Shown piece after piece: positions 54,114 to 63,354 of a stretch of DNA of 63,354 nucleotides. The notes under the pieces are model-generated. The model had not been told where the DNA came from and ran no database searches. It saw only the letters and a list, made by a program, of their open reading frames with translations. Numbering within the stretch: position 1 is the first letter of the stretch; each line of letters starts with the position of its first letter. The translations under genes and the position numbers were made by a program. Source of the stretch: Gammaproteobacteria bacterium (GTDB lineage Bacteria > Pseudomonadota > Gammaproteobacteria > Magnimaribacterales > D2472); assembly GCA_008080945.1 (NCBI GenBank), contig VMDH01000034.1, forward strand, positions 1 to 63,354. The letters run 5' to 3'.

Positions 54114-55308
54114 AAGTCATCATAACACTTCACTTGAAGAAAGAGAGCAGCTTGTCATCAATAATGCCGTTTTGAAAGACTTAAAGCCAATTATAGAAAA
54201 TAAACTTTCTGGACAAGTTACATCTCTCGTAAATCTATCAACTTGTAACAGAACTGAAATTATTTATGAGAGCTCCAAATGCTATTCCAAAGAGTTGTCT
54301 GAAACCATATGCGACTACCTAAGTTGCAGTCTTGATATAGAGAAACATTTTTTCTTTCTAGAAAGTGATGCAGCGCTCATGCACTTATGCATGGTTGCAA
54401 CTGGGCTCGATTCAAGAATAATCGGTGAGCATGAGATTCTTGGGCAGTTTAAAGAATCTATTGAGACATCTAAGAAACTTGATCTAGTTTCAGGTGCTTT
54501 TGAGTCTTTATTAAACGATATCATCTCAATAGCTAAATTCGCTAGAACTGAAAGCGAAATAGGTAGAAACCCAATATCAGTAAGCACATTGGTGTATAAA
54601 CTTGTTCGAGAAATTTTTGAAAGTCCCAGCAACTTAGAAATTTTGATGATCGGAGCAGGAGAGGTTGCAGTTTCTATCTTAGAAAATTTCCATGCTAATG
54701 GAATTTCTAGGCTAGCTTTTGTAAACAGATCTCAACGATCTATTGAATTAGGATCGGAAACATTTATTTCAAAGCCTTTCAACGCAGTCAAAAAAGCTAT
54801 TTTAAAAGCTGATGTAATTATTGCTTCCACTAAAAGCCAAACACCTGTTGTTGGCAAAGGACTTATAGAAGAGGTGATAAGTGCGCGGGGCAAAAAACCT
54901 TTAGTTTTAATTGATTTGGGAGTTCCAAGAAATATTGAGCCAACCATCAATCTATTAGATGGAGCATATCTATACACTCTTGATCAAATCGAATCCATTG
55001 CTCAAAAAAATCAAGAAACAAGGTTACAGTCTGCCAATATAGCAAAAGACTTAATTACTGAAAGCGTAAAAAAAATTATTTTAAAAAATCATTCAAAGAA
55101 AACTTCGATCCAAGCTAGAGAAGTACTTATTGATTTATACCAGGCATTAGATGAGCATGAAATGGAGCAACTCAAAAATCTGGATGATCCCAAGCATGAG
55201 ATAATTATTAAACGTTTTCATGATGAATTAATAAAGCGAAATGTAGAAATTGAGCTCCATGTTCTTAACTCAATCATAGAGGAAATAATTGATGTTAAAG
55301 GCTATTGA
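54091..55308 (+). CDS. hemA: Glutamyl-tRNA reductase
   Basis: I chose the ATG at 54091: MGLYLFGISHHNTSLEEREQL aligns with E. coli [21 protein letters not shown]. Also LSTCNRTEIIYE and the NAD fold MIGAGEVA. Confidence 0.9.
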   Translation: MGLYLFGISHHNTSLEEREQLVINNAVLKDLKPIIENKLSGQVTSLVNLSTCNRTEIIYESSKCYSKELSETICDYLSCSLDIEKHFFFLESDAALMHLCMVATGLDSRIIGEHEILGQFKESIETSKKLDLVSGAFESLLNDIISIAKFARTESEIGRNPISVSTLVYKLVREIFESPSNLEILMIGAGEVAVSILENFHANGISRLAFVNRSQRSIELGSETFISKPFNAVKKAILKADVIIASTKSQTPVVGKGLIEEVISARGKKPLVLIDLGVPRNIEPTINLLDGAYLYTLDQIESIAQKNQETRLQSANIAKDLITESVKKIILKNHSKKTSIQAREVLIDLYQALDEHEMEQLKNLDDPKHEIIIKRFHDELIKRNVEIELHVLNSIIEEIIDVKGY

Positions 55309-56374
55309 AGAAAAGCTAGCAAATTTAAAGAAAAGAAGCCTAGAAATTAATGATCTTTTAATACAGCAAGACATTGCTTCAGATGTTCAAAAATTTACTA
55401 AGCTAAATAAAGAACTGTCTGACATTTTGCCTATAGTCGAAACTTATGATGCAATGAATGAGCTAACAGTTCAAAAAGATGAAGCAAAGGCTTTGTTAGA
55501 AAATGAAGATACCGAAATAGTTTCTTTAGCTGAAGACGAATTATTAGCCCTCAACAGCAAGCTGGAAGAAATTGAATCTAAACTGAAGATTTTGTTGCTC
55601 CCAAAAGACGAAGCAGATGCAGGGGCAGCTTATCTGGAAATTAGAGCAGGTGCAGGGGGTGAGGAAGCTGCCATTTTTGTTGCCGATTTATACAGACTTT
55701 ATTCACGTTTTGCAGAAAGACAGAATTGGAAGGTAGAGGAAATAAACTTACGCCCTGCTGAACAGGGAGGCGTAAAGGAGGTTATTGCAAAACTAAACGG
55801 TAATAATGTCTATAAGTACATGAAGTTTGAAAGCGGTGTTCATAGAGTGCAAAGAGTACCTGAAACAGAATCTCAAGGAAGAATACATACTTCAACTGTT
55901 ACTGTTGCGATCTTACCTGAAGCAGAGGAAATCAGCGATATTGATCTTGAAAAATCTGATTTAAGAATTGATACCTTTAGGGCTTCTGGCGCTGGAGGAC
56001 AACACGTAAATAAAACTGATTCAGCAATCAGGATTACCCATCTGCCGTCTGGTATGGTCGTCGAATGTCAAGATGATAGATCCCAGCATAAAAATAAAGC
56101 TAAGGCATTGGCACTATTGGCAGCAAAATTAAAGGAAAAAGAGCTAGAGGAGCAACAAGCTTCCATTGCATCAGAGAGAAAAATTCTTGTTGGATCCGGA
56201 GACAGGAGTGAAAAGATAAGAACTTATAACTTTCCTCAAGGCAGGGTGACAGACCATAGAATTAAATTAACTCAGCATAATCTTGATCAAGTAATGGATG
56301 GAGATATTTTTACTATTTGTGATGCGCTAATTTCTGAAAATCAATTAGCTCAACTGGAAAATCTTGAATCTTGA
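55292..56374 (+). CDS. prfA: Peptide chain release factor 1
   Basis: GGQ motif SGAGGQHVNKTDSA and codon-recognition tripeptide in RVQRVPETESQGRIHTS (PxT). ATG at 55292 sits one codon after the TTG at 55289. Overlaps the hemA 3' end. Confidence 0.96.
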   Translation: MLKAIEEKLANLKKRSLEINDLLIQQDIASDVQKFTKLNKELSDILPIVETYDAMNELTVQKDEAKALLENEDTEIVSLAEDELLALNSKLEEIESKLKILLLPKDEADAGAAYLEIRAGAGGEEAAIFVADLYRLYSRFAERQNWKVEEINLRPAEQGGVKEVIAKLNGNNVYKYMKFESGVHRVQRVPETESQGRIHTSTVTVAILPEAEEISDIDLEKSDLRIDTFRASGAGGQHVNKTDSAIRITHLPSGMVVECQDDRSQHKNKAKALALLAAKLKEKELEEQQASIASERKILVGSGDRSEKIRTYNFPQGRVTDHRIKLTQHNLDQVMDGDIFTICDALISENQLAQLENLES

Positions 56375-57197
56375 GCATATAGAGCTCGTCGAGGAGCTTG
56401 AAGAACACCTTCGCAGATACGCAAGCGATTTTCCAACCATACTTAAAGATATTCAGGATTATTGTTCGTATGAGTCTATAAAGCTTAATTTTTTTATTGA
56501 CAGAAAAATTAAGTTGCCAAAATCTGAAAAGAAGAAAATTCAAAATTTCTTAACTTCCTACCTTCAAGGTATCCCTTATGAGTATATTACTAATCACGCT
56601 GAGTTTTATGGTCATAGATTTTTTGTAGATCCTAGCGTCCTAGTTCCTCGGCCAGAAACAGAGCTTATTATTGATGCTATCAGAGATTTAAGTTGCCCGC
56701 GTTTGAAAGCAATAGCTGATATTGGAACCGGTTCTGGCTGTATTGCAATTTCATTAGCGCATATTTTTCAACAGACCAAAATCTTTGCAGTAGATAATTC
56801 TTTGCAAGCTCTCTCAATTGCAAAAATTAATATTGATAATCATAAGGCTGAAAATGTTTTTCCAGTGCAGGCCAATTTTCTTGAATGCATCCAAAATGAG
56901 TCATTAGATGTAATTGTTTCTAACCCTCCTTATATTTCAAAAGATGATCCTCATCTAGAGCGCTTAACTCATGAGCCTATTTCAGCCCTGGTTAGCGATG
57001 AGAATGGTTTGGCGCATATAAAAGCAATCTTTAAGAATAGTTTCCAAGTTCTAAAAAAAGATGGATTTTTGGTTCTTGAGCATGGTTACAATCAAGCCAA
57101 TGCAGTAAATAAAATCTCAGATGAGACTGGCTTTAAATTAATTAAAAATGTTAAGGATTATCAAGATATTGATAGAATTCATATCTGTAAGAAATGA
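56364..57197 (+). CDS. prmC: Release-factor glutamine N5-methyltransferase
   Basis: 277 aa with LVPRPETE, SAM block DIGTGSGCIAISLA and catalytic VSNPPYI. TTG start overlaps prfA. Confidence 0.88.
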   Translation: MNLEHIELVEELEEHLRRYASDFPTILKDIQDYCSYESIKLNFFIDRKIKLPKSEKKKIQNFLTSYLQGIPYEYITNHAEFYGHRFFVDPSVLVPRPETELIIDAIRDLSCPRLKAIADIGTGSGCIAISLAHIFQQTKIFAVDNSLQALSIAKINIDNHKAENVFPVQANFLECIQNESLDVIVSNPPYISKDDPHLERLTHEPISALVSDENGLAHIKAIFKNSFQVLKKDGFLVLEHGYNQANAVNKISDETGFKLIKNVKDYQDIDRIHICKK

Positions 57198-57928
57198 ATC
57201 ACGATCTCTATAAAGCTCTATTAAACAGCCAGTACTTGTCCACAAAGGAGCTATTAAGAATTTCTTCAAAAAAAATTTTGATTATTGGAGCAGGAGGTAT
57301 ATGTCACCCATTTATAACTTATGCATGCTCATCGGGCTTTAAAGAGTTCACCATAGTAGATAATGATGTTATTGAAGAAAGTAACTTAAGCAGACAATAT
57401 TTATTTTCAAGAGCAGATCTAGGAAAAAACAAAGTTAATGTTCTAAATCAGCGATTAAATCAAACCTACCCGAATCTTAAAATTGATGCTGTTTGCATGA
57501 GAGCTGATGAAAAGTTCCTTTTTGATGCAGCGCAAGAGCATGATTTTATTATTGATTGTTCGGATAATTTTCTCACTAGGTACCAAATTAGTGATGTTTC
57601 AAAAGAGTTAAAAATCCCTCTAATCATGGGATTTGGCGGCAAAGATCAGGGACAAGTTTTCTTCACCTCAAACCAATCAAGCAGCCCATGCTATGAATGT
57701 ATTTTTCCAAGAGATGATTTCCAAGAATCAGAAATTTCATGTCAAACTGCAGGTATTGTTCCTTTATTGCTTGGTATGGTTGGGTCTTACATGAATATGA
57801 TTTTGTTGAATTATACTTTAAGAAAAATTGAGCCTAAGTTTTTAACGGTTTTTAATTTAGGAGATAATGGAGTTAGGCAAATTAGCGTAAATCAAGACCC
57901 TAATTGCACTAACTGCTTTAAAAAATGA
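57194..57928 (+). CDS. moeB: ThiF/MoeB-family adenylyltransferase (E1-like)
   Basis: 244 aa with ILIIGAGGICHPFITYACSSGFKEFTIVDNDVIEESNLSRQ and two Cys pairs (CYEC, CTNC). Occupies the moeB slot after prmC as in Pseudomonas. ThiF versus MoeB cannot be resolved by eye. Confidence 0.7.
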   Translation: MNHDLYKALLNSQYLSTKELLRISSKKILIIGAGGICHPFITYACSSGFKEFTIVDNDVIEESNLSRQYLFSRADLGKNKVNVLNQRLNQTYPNLKIDAVCMRADEKFLFDAAQEHDFIIDCSDNFLTRYQISDVSKELKIPLIMGFGGKDQGQVFFTSNQSSSPCYECIFPRDDFQESEISCQTAGIVPLLLGMVGSYMNMILLNYTLRKIEPKFLTVFNLGDNGVRQISVNQDPNCTNCFKK

Positions 57929-58998
57929 AAACAGGTTACATAGAAGGTTATTACGGGAAGGAGCTTTCTTTTAAAGAGAGAGAAGGATTGATGCATTCTC
58001 TTGCAGATCTCAAAATGACCCATTATTTCTATTGTCCCAAAGAAGATCCTTACCATAGAATGCAATGGAAAGAAGATTATGATCAAGATTTTCTAGCACA
58101 TTTCTCAGCGCTCAATAAAGTCGCAATTTCTAACAATATTGAGGTTATTTTTGGTCTATCCCCTGGCAATGATTTTGATTTTGAAAGGGATTATGAGATC
58201 TTGCTCAAAAAATATAGAAAGTTTGCAGATTTAGGTATTAATTCATTTTGCTTGCTGTTTGATGATTTATTTGGAATCAACACAGGAAGCTCTCATAGAA
58301 AAATCCTTAACCAGCTAGCGAATGATCTAGGAAAGTTTAATCTTTACACTGTCCCCCAAATTTACTGTGATCAATTAAGCCCTGAGAAGAATATCTTGCT
58401 TGATACATATTTATCTGATTTTCTAGAAGGCTTAAATCCCACGGTAGGCATTTTCCTTACAGGACCAAGAGTAGTCTCAAAAGATTACCCATTAGAATAT
58501 TACAATCAGTTAAAGCAATATCTTGGTCAACGAGAACTTATAATTTGGGACAATTATTATGCAAATGATTATTGTGCTCCCAAGATACATCTATCTGAGT
58601 TCTGCGATCTAGATAGTGGATTGCAAGATTGTCTTGATGGAATAATGATCAATGCCTCAGGGTCTCTTAGAATAGACCAGATTTACTTACAATTATTTGC
58701 TTCTAAAGTTCATCAAAAACATACTAAAGAAGAAATATTGTCGAAAACAAATCTTCCCCAAGCTTTTTACAACATCCAACATCTATTCGATTTTGAAATT
58801 GTGACCTTTGATCCTGAGAGTGATTTGGAGCACCTTGAAGTCTTGCTATGGAGATGGAATGACCCCTTAAAGATAGAAATGTATACTTACTTACATCAGC
58901 TAAGACAGCTCTTGCAGAAAATAACTCAGGATAATGCTGGTGACGATATCCTGCTAAAACGATTTAATTTTAAAAGAGGAGATAATAATGAAAGGTAA
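57925..58998 (+). CDS. GH84-family beta-N-acetylglucosaminidase (O-GlcNAcase-like), minimal cytoplasmic form
   Basis: 357 aa with no signal peptide. Collinear GH84 blocks: GYIEGYYGKE, THYFYCPKEDPYHRMQWKEDY, IEVIFGLSPG, FCLLFDDL (catalytic Asp-Asp), VPQIYC, LTGPRVVSKDYP, IIWDNYYANDY. ATGA overlap with moeB. Confidence 0.8.
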   Translation: MKTGYIEGYYGKELSFKEREGLMHSLADLKMTHYFYCPKEDPYHRMQWKEDYDQDFLAHFSALNKVAISNNIEVIFGLSPGNDFDFERDYEILLKKYRKFADLGINSFCLLFDDLFGINTGSSHRKILNQLANDLGKFNLYTVPQIYCDQLSPEKNILLDTYLSDFLEGLNPTVGIFLTGPRVVSKDYPLEYYNQLKQYLGQRELIIWDNYYANDYCAPKIHLSEFCDLDSGLQDCLDGIMINASGSLRIDQIYLQLFASKVHQKHTKEEILSKTNLPQAFYNIQHLFDFEIVTFDPESDLEHLEVLLWRWNDPLKIEMYTYLHQLRQLLQKITQDNAGDDILLKRFNFKRGDNNER

Positions 58999-60595
58999 CA
59001 TGCTCAACTGGGATGTAACTGTTCCTAAGCTTATTGATCACGCTGAAAAATATTCTTACGATGCAGAAATTATTAGCAGAGAGTTAGATAACTCGATTTC
59101 TAAAATTACTGTTGGTGATTGTTTATCTAAATCTAGGAAAGTTGCAAAGATTCTTAAAGATTTTAAAGTTGAGAAGGGTGATAGGGTTGCAACTATTGCT
59201 TGGAATAACTCTCGTCATTTTGAGGTTTATTTCGGAGTTACTGGCATGGGTGGAGTGCTGCACACTATCAATCCAAGGCTATTTCCAGAACAACTTATAT
59301 ACATACTCAATCATGCTGAAGATAAAGTGGTATTTGTAGATGAGACATTTTTACCATTAATTGCAGCTGTTCAGGAGCATTTACAAATATCACCTCAAAT
59401 TATTCTGATGGGACCAAAAAAAGCTATTGAGCTAGATATAAGAAATCTTCATTTTTATGATGAACTGGTATCTGCTGCAGACCCAATAGATGCATGGGTA
59501 GATGTTGATGAATTGGATGCTGCTGCACTGTGCTATACCTCAGGTACTACTGGAAATCCAAAGGGTGTTTTATATGCGCATAGATCTACCATGCTGCATT
59601 CATGGGCTGCAGGCAATGCGCTACGTTTTGATACTAATAGCTCTGTCCTTCCAGTTGTGCCTATGTTTCATGTAAATGCTTGGGGTACGCCTTACACAAC
59701 GCTCATGAATGGGCATAAGTTAATTTTGCCTGGTCATGCTCTTGACGGAGCATCTTTATATGAGCTTATTAGCTCTGAAAAAGCCTCAGTGCTTATGGGT
59801 GTTCCTACTGTTTGGTTAGGGTTATTAAATTACTTGTCTGAAAACAATTTAACCCTTGAAGGTATAGAAAAAGTGATGGTGGGAGGATCTGCAGCTCCAT
59901 TAGCTATGATCAAAGAATTTCATGAAAAACATAATACTTTTTTAGTTCATGGTTGGGGTATGACTGAAATGAGTCCTCTGGGGACTCTTAATTTGCCTAG
60001 TAAAAAGATGATGCAACTTCCGGATGAAGAGAGGTATGCTCTTCAGACTAAACAGGGTTATCCTTTATTTGGTGTTGAGCTAAAGATTGTAGATGATGAA
60101 AACAATGACCTTCCCAGAGATGGTAAGGCTCAGGGAGCATTAAAAGTAAGGGGACCTTGGATTATTGAAAGCTACTTTAAAGCAGAAGCTCCAGCAGTTG
60201 ACGAGGAAGGTTGGTTTGATACTGGAGATGTGGCTACTATATTTCCGGACGGTTGTATGCAAATCATGGACAGGGCTAAAGACGTCATTAAAAGTGGCGG
60301 AGAATGGATTAGCTCTATAGATTTAGAGAATGCTGCTGTCGGGCATCCAGATATTGAAGAAGCTTGTGTGGTGGGAGTACCTCACCCTAAATGGGATGAG
60401 CGTCCTTTGCTGCTAGTAATTTGCAAAGGTGAATTGGACAAAAATTCTATCAATGAATTCCTTGAACAAAGAGTTGCTAAATGGTGGCTACCGGACGACA
60501 TTATTAAAGTTGAAGAACTCCCACATGGAGCAACAGGAAAACTTTTAAAAGTTGAGCTCAGAGAACAATACAAGAACCACTTAATGGAGAACTAA
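58988..60595 (+). CDS. AMP-forming acyl-CoA ligase (medium/long-chain type)
   Basis: 535 aa with [21 protein letters not shown]..., IKSGGEWIS and GKLLK. Strong SD AGAGGAG 6 nt upstream. Overlaps the GH84 gene by 11 nt. Confidence 0.88.
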   Translation: MKGNMLNWDVTVPKLIDHAEKYSYDAEIISRELDNSISKITVGDCLSKSRKVAKILKDFKVEKGDRVATIAWNNSRHFEVYFGVTGMGGVLHTINPRLFPEQLIYILNHAEDKVVFVDETFLPLIAAVQEHLQISPQIILMGPKKAIELDIRNLHFYDELVSAADPIDAWVDVDELDAAALCYTSGTTGNPKGVLYAHRSTMLHSWAAGNALRFDTNSSVLPVVPMFHVNAWGTPYTTLMNGHKLILPGHALDGASLYELISSEKASVLMGVPTVWLGLLNYLSENNLTLEGIEKVMVGGSAAPLAMIKEFHEKHNTFLVHGWGMTEMSPLGTLNLPSKKMMQLPDEERYALQTKQGYPLFGVELKIVDDENNDLPRDGKAQGALKVRGPWIIESYFKAEAPAVDEEGWFDTGDVATIFPDGCMQIMDRAKDVIKSGGEWISSIDLENAAVGHPDIEEACVVGVPHPKWDERPLLLVICKGELDKNSINEFLEQRVAKWWLPDDIIKVEELPHGATGKLLKVELREQYKNHLMEN

Positions 60596-60596
60596 T

Positions 60597-61055
60597 ATGC
60601 CGATGACTGTAATAAAGAAAGAAGAAATCTTTGAATGTATAGGAAGAGACCTGGGTTATACCGATTGGTTTGAAATAGACCAGGAGAGAATCAATGCTTT
60701 TGCTGATGCTACCATGGACCATCAATTTATCCATGTTGATCCAGAGCAAGCGGGACCTATCTTTGGCTCTACAATTGCACACGGTTTTCTTTCTTTATCT
60801 CTGTGTGCAGGGTTAGGGCAGGAAACTGCTTTAATCGTTGAGGGAGCTAAAATGGGACTTAATTATGGTTTAGATAAGGTGAGATTTTTAAGTCCAGTTG
60901 CAGTAAATTCAAAAGTTAGGCTGCATACTTTAGTGAAGGATATTACTGAAAAAAATCCAGGCCAATACCTTGTTAAAAATGAAGTCACTATGGAAATAGA
61001 GGGAGTTGCAAAACCTGCTTTTATTGCAGAGACTTTGAGTCTTTGGGTTACTTAG
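60597..61055 (+). CDS. MaoC-like (R)-specific enoyl-CoA hydratase/dehydratase (hot-dog fold)
   Basis: 152 aa with INAFADATMDHQFIHVDPEQA....FGSTIAHGFLSLSL, the hydratase-2 type motif. Starts 1 nt after the ligase stop. Confidence 0.85.
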   Translation: MPMTVIKKEEIFECIGRDLGYTDWFEIDQERINAFADATMDHQFIHVDPEQAGPIFGSTIAHGFLSLSLCAGLGQETALIVEGAKMGLNYGLDKVRFLSPVAVNSKVRLHTLVKDITEKNPGQYLVKNEVTMEIEGVAKPAFIAETLSLWVT

Positions 61056-62478
61056 CCAACAATTCCCGTAAGATTTTGTTGATAATTTCTGGATTTCCTT
61101 TGCCTTTTGTTTCTTTCATTGCTTGGCCAACAAAATATCCAAAAAGCTTGTCTTTACCAGCTTGAAATTGGGTTACTTGCTCAGGATTATCATCAACAAT
61201 CTTTTTAAGCATGGATTCCAATTCAGCGGCATCAGTGATTTGCTTAAGACCCTTAGATTCAATAATAGAATTTGGTGATTCGCCAGTAGCGTAGCATTCC
61301 TCCAAGACTTCCTTAGCAATTTTTCCAGAAATAGTATTATCGGAAATATTATTTAATAATTCTCCAATTAGTTCAGTAGTTAGTTTAGAGTTTTCAAGTT
61401 CAACTTGATCCTTGTTAAGCAAAGCACTGATATCTCCTACTAACCATTTTGCTGCCAGAGATGAATCGCTGCCATTCTCAATAAGTTTCTCAAATACCGT
61501 GGAGAGTGATTTGGTAGATGAGAGTATATCGGCATCATTAACGCTTAATTTCAGCTCATTTAAATAGCGTAATTTTTTTTCATTTGGTAATTCTGGAAAA
61601 TTATTTTTTATTTCTGCAATTTCATCATCATTTATAACTACTGGTAGTAAATCAGGTTCAGGGAAATACCTATAATCATTGGCAAACTCCTTTGTCCTCA
61701 TGGGTCTAGTTTCATCCTTGTTGGCATCATATAAACGCGTTTCTTGGATCACTTTTTCACCACCTTCTAGCACTTTAATCTGTCTTTTAATCTCAAAATT
61801 AATTGCCTTTTCTATAAATCTAAAAGAGTTTATATTTTTAATCTCTGTCCTAGTACCAAGCTCTTTATCACCTTTTTTTCTGATAGAAACATTTGCATCG
61901 CATCTCATAGAGCCTTGGGACATGTTTCCATCTGAAACATCCAGAAAGGTAATGAGTTGATGTAAGGCTTTCATATATGCTACAGCTTCCTTGGCTGAGG
62001 AAATTTCCGGCTCACTTACAATCTCAAGTAGTGGAGTGCCTGCTCTGTTTAGATCAATAAGACTATTTGTTGGATCAGCATCATGGATAGATTTGCCTGC
62101 ATCTTCTTCTAGATGTGCTCGGGTTACGTTAATAACCTTGTGTACACCTTCTAGCTCAATCTCTACCTGGCCACCTTCAACAATCGGTCTATCCATTTGT
62201 GTAATTTGATAGCCTTTGGGAAGGTCAGGATAAAAATAATTTTTTCTATCAAAGTGAGATGTCTGATTTATGGTTGCATTGATCGCAAGGCCAAAGCGTA
62301 TAGCTTTATAGAAAGCTTCTTTATTTACTGTTGGCAAAACACCAGGTAAGCCGCAATCTACAAGATTTACATTAGTATTTGGATCAGCACCAAAACTTGT
62401 AGATGCCCTAGAAAAAAGCTTTGTCTTGGTTGAAAGTTGAACGTGAGTTTCAAGTCCAATGACTACTTCCCAAGTCAT
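61048..62478 (-). CDS. gatB: Asp/Glu-tRNA(Asn/Gln) amidotransferase subunit B
   Basis: 476 aa with WEVVIGLETHVQL, NRAGTPLLEIVSEP, MRTKE....DYRYFPEPDL and a C-terminal YqeY-like domain. Confidence 0.96.
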   Translation of the reverse strand: MTWEVVIGLETHVQLSTKTKLFSRASTSFGADPNTNVNLVDCGLPGVLPTVNKEAFYKAIRFGLAINATINQTSHFDRKNYFYPDLPKGYQITQMDRPIVEGGQVEIELEGVHKVINVTRAHLEEDAGKSIHDADPTNSLIDLNRAGTPLLEIVSEPEISSAKEAVAYMKALHQLITFLDVSDGNMSQGSMRCDANVSIRKKGDKELGTRTEIKNINSFRFIEKAINFEIKRQIKVLEGGEKVIQETRLYDANKDETRPMRTKEFANDYRYFPEPDLLPVVINDDEIAEIKNNFPELPNEKKLRYLNELKLSVNDADILSSTKSLSTVFEKLIENGSDSSLAAKWLVGDISALLNKDQVELENSKLTTELIGELLNNISDNTISGKIAKEVLEECYATGESPNSIIESKGLKQITDAAELESMLKKIVDDNPEQVTQFQAGKDKLFGYFVGQAMKETKGKGNPEIINKILRELLAK

Positions 62479-63354
62479 GTAAAATCCTCCATGCTTGGTG
62501 ATTTAAGGTGCCAGTCGGTATCTTGTTGAAAATGATGGGCAGTTTGCAAGATCAATTCCTCATTAAGATGGGGAGCAATGAGTTGGTGTCCAGTAGGTAA
62601 ATTGTTTACAAATGTTTGCGGAATAGAGATAGCAGGTATTCCAGCTAGGTTCGCTGCAATGGTAAATAGATCTTCTAAATATAACTCAGTTGGATCCTTT
62701 GATCCCTTTGAATCAAATGCAAAAGTAGTACCGGGAGAAGTAGGGGTAAGAATTAAATCGCACTCTTGAAAGGCATTCTTAAAGTCTTCGGTAATAAGTC
62801 TTCTTACTTGTTGGGCTTTTTTATAGTAAGCATCATAATAGCCTGCTGATAATACATAGGTTCCAATCAATATCCTTCTTTTTACCTCATTTCCAAAACC
62901 TTCTGATCGAGACTTTATATAAAGCTCCTCGAGATTTTTAACTTCTTCAGATCTGTGCCCAAATCTGACTCCATCAAATCTAGATAAATTCGAGGAGCAT
63001 TCAGCCGGAGCAATAACGTAATAAGTAGGCACAGAGTATTTAATATTAGGCAATGAGATTTCTTTAATTTTATAGCCCAAATTTTGATAAGTTTTAATAG
63101 ATTCCTGAAAAGCATTTTCCATATCAGGGGAGAGTTTGCCTGAAAACTCTTTAACTACGCCAAGAGTTTTAGTGCTAGAAAAATCATCTATAGAATCAAC
63201 TGTTTTTGTGGCTTCCATTGCTAGCGAGGTAGTATCTTTCTGATCATGACCTGTCATGGCGTCCAGAGCAATTGCACAATCTTTAGCATTATGTGCTAAA
63301 GGGCCAGCCTGATCTAAGCTTGATGCGAATGCAATCATTCCCCATCTAGAAATC
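62475..63354 (-). CDS. gatA: Asp/Glu-tRNA(Asn/Gln) amidotransferase subunit A, N-terminal part outside window
   Basis: The frame is open to the window edge (..ISRWGMIAFASSLDQAGP.., amidase signature region). ATGA overlap with gatB. About 293 of ~480 codons are present. Confidence 0.95.
   Translation of the reverse strand, partial: ISRWGMIAFASSLDQAGPLAHNAKDCAIALDAMTGHDQKDTTSLAMEATKTVDSIDDFSSTKTLGVVKEFSGKLSPDMENAFQESIKTYQNLGYKIKEISLPNIKYSVPTYYVIAPAECSSNLSRFDGVRFGHRSEEVKNLEELYIKSRSEGFGNEVKRRILIGTYVLSAGYYDAYYKKAQQVRRLITEDFKNAFQECDLILTPTSPGTTFAFDSKGSKDPTELYLEDLFTIAANLAGIPAISIPQTFVNNLPTGHQLIAPHLNEELILQTAHHFQQDTDWHLKSPSMEDFT

Overview
AT-rich (GC judged by eye, not computed), almost entirely coding 63.4-kb window. 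It holds about 60 CDS and 4 tRNAs. Most intergenic spacers are under 60 bp, and many stop/start codons overlap (ATGA, TAATG). The content is core housekeeping of a streamlined gammaproteobacterium. Gene order follows Pseudomonas/E. coli-type synteny blocks:
- dnaE-accA-tilS
- leuA | holD-rimI
- astA-astD-astB
- valS-pepA | lptF-lptG-RDD
- dapE-dapD-glnD-map
- carA-carB-greA-rlmE-ftsH-glmM-tpiA-secG ... tRNA-fMet-rimP-nusA-infB-rbfA-truB-rpsO-pnp
- ychF-pth-L25/Ctc-prs-tRNAGln-ispE-lolB | hemA-prfA-prmC-moeB
- gatB-gatA

I see no transposases, integrases, CRISPR arrays, prophage or defence-island genes, and no large non-coding stretch. I do not see a convincing multi-gene novel system. Lineage-specific material sits at the junctions between synteny blocks. 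The best candidates for a second look are:
1. A single ORF fusing an ElaA-type GNAT, a TM anchor and a parvulin/SurA-like foldase. It is translationally coupled to a HupE/UreJ-like permease and to glyoxalase I (9955-12876).
2. Two tandem paralogous ~73-aa double-TM proteins with a strong SD and a GC-rich palindrome between them. They lie at the pnp | tRNA-Met-ychF breakpoint (48652-49285).
3. A minimal cytoplasmic GH84 (O-GlcNAcase-like) enzyme coupled to moeB, followed by an acyl-CoA ligase and a MaoC hydratase (57925-61055).

Other observations concern extreme compaction:
- A tRNA-Gln contains the ispE stop codon and abuts the prs start.
- Divergent and convergent genes overlap.
- Syntenic genes holC, folP and yhbY are missing.
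- Envelope and tRNA-modification proteins are shortened.

There is also a clear S15-type pseudoknot leader upstream of rpsO. All functional calls come from motif and synteny recognition by eye. No database search was run.
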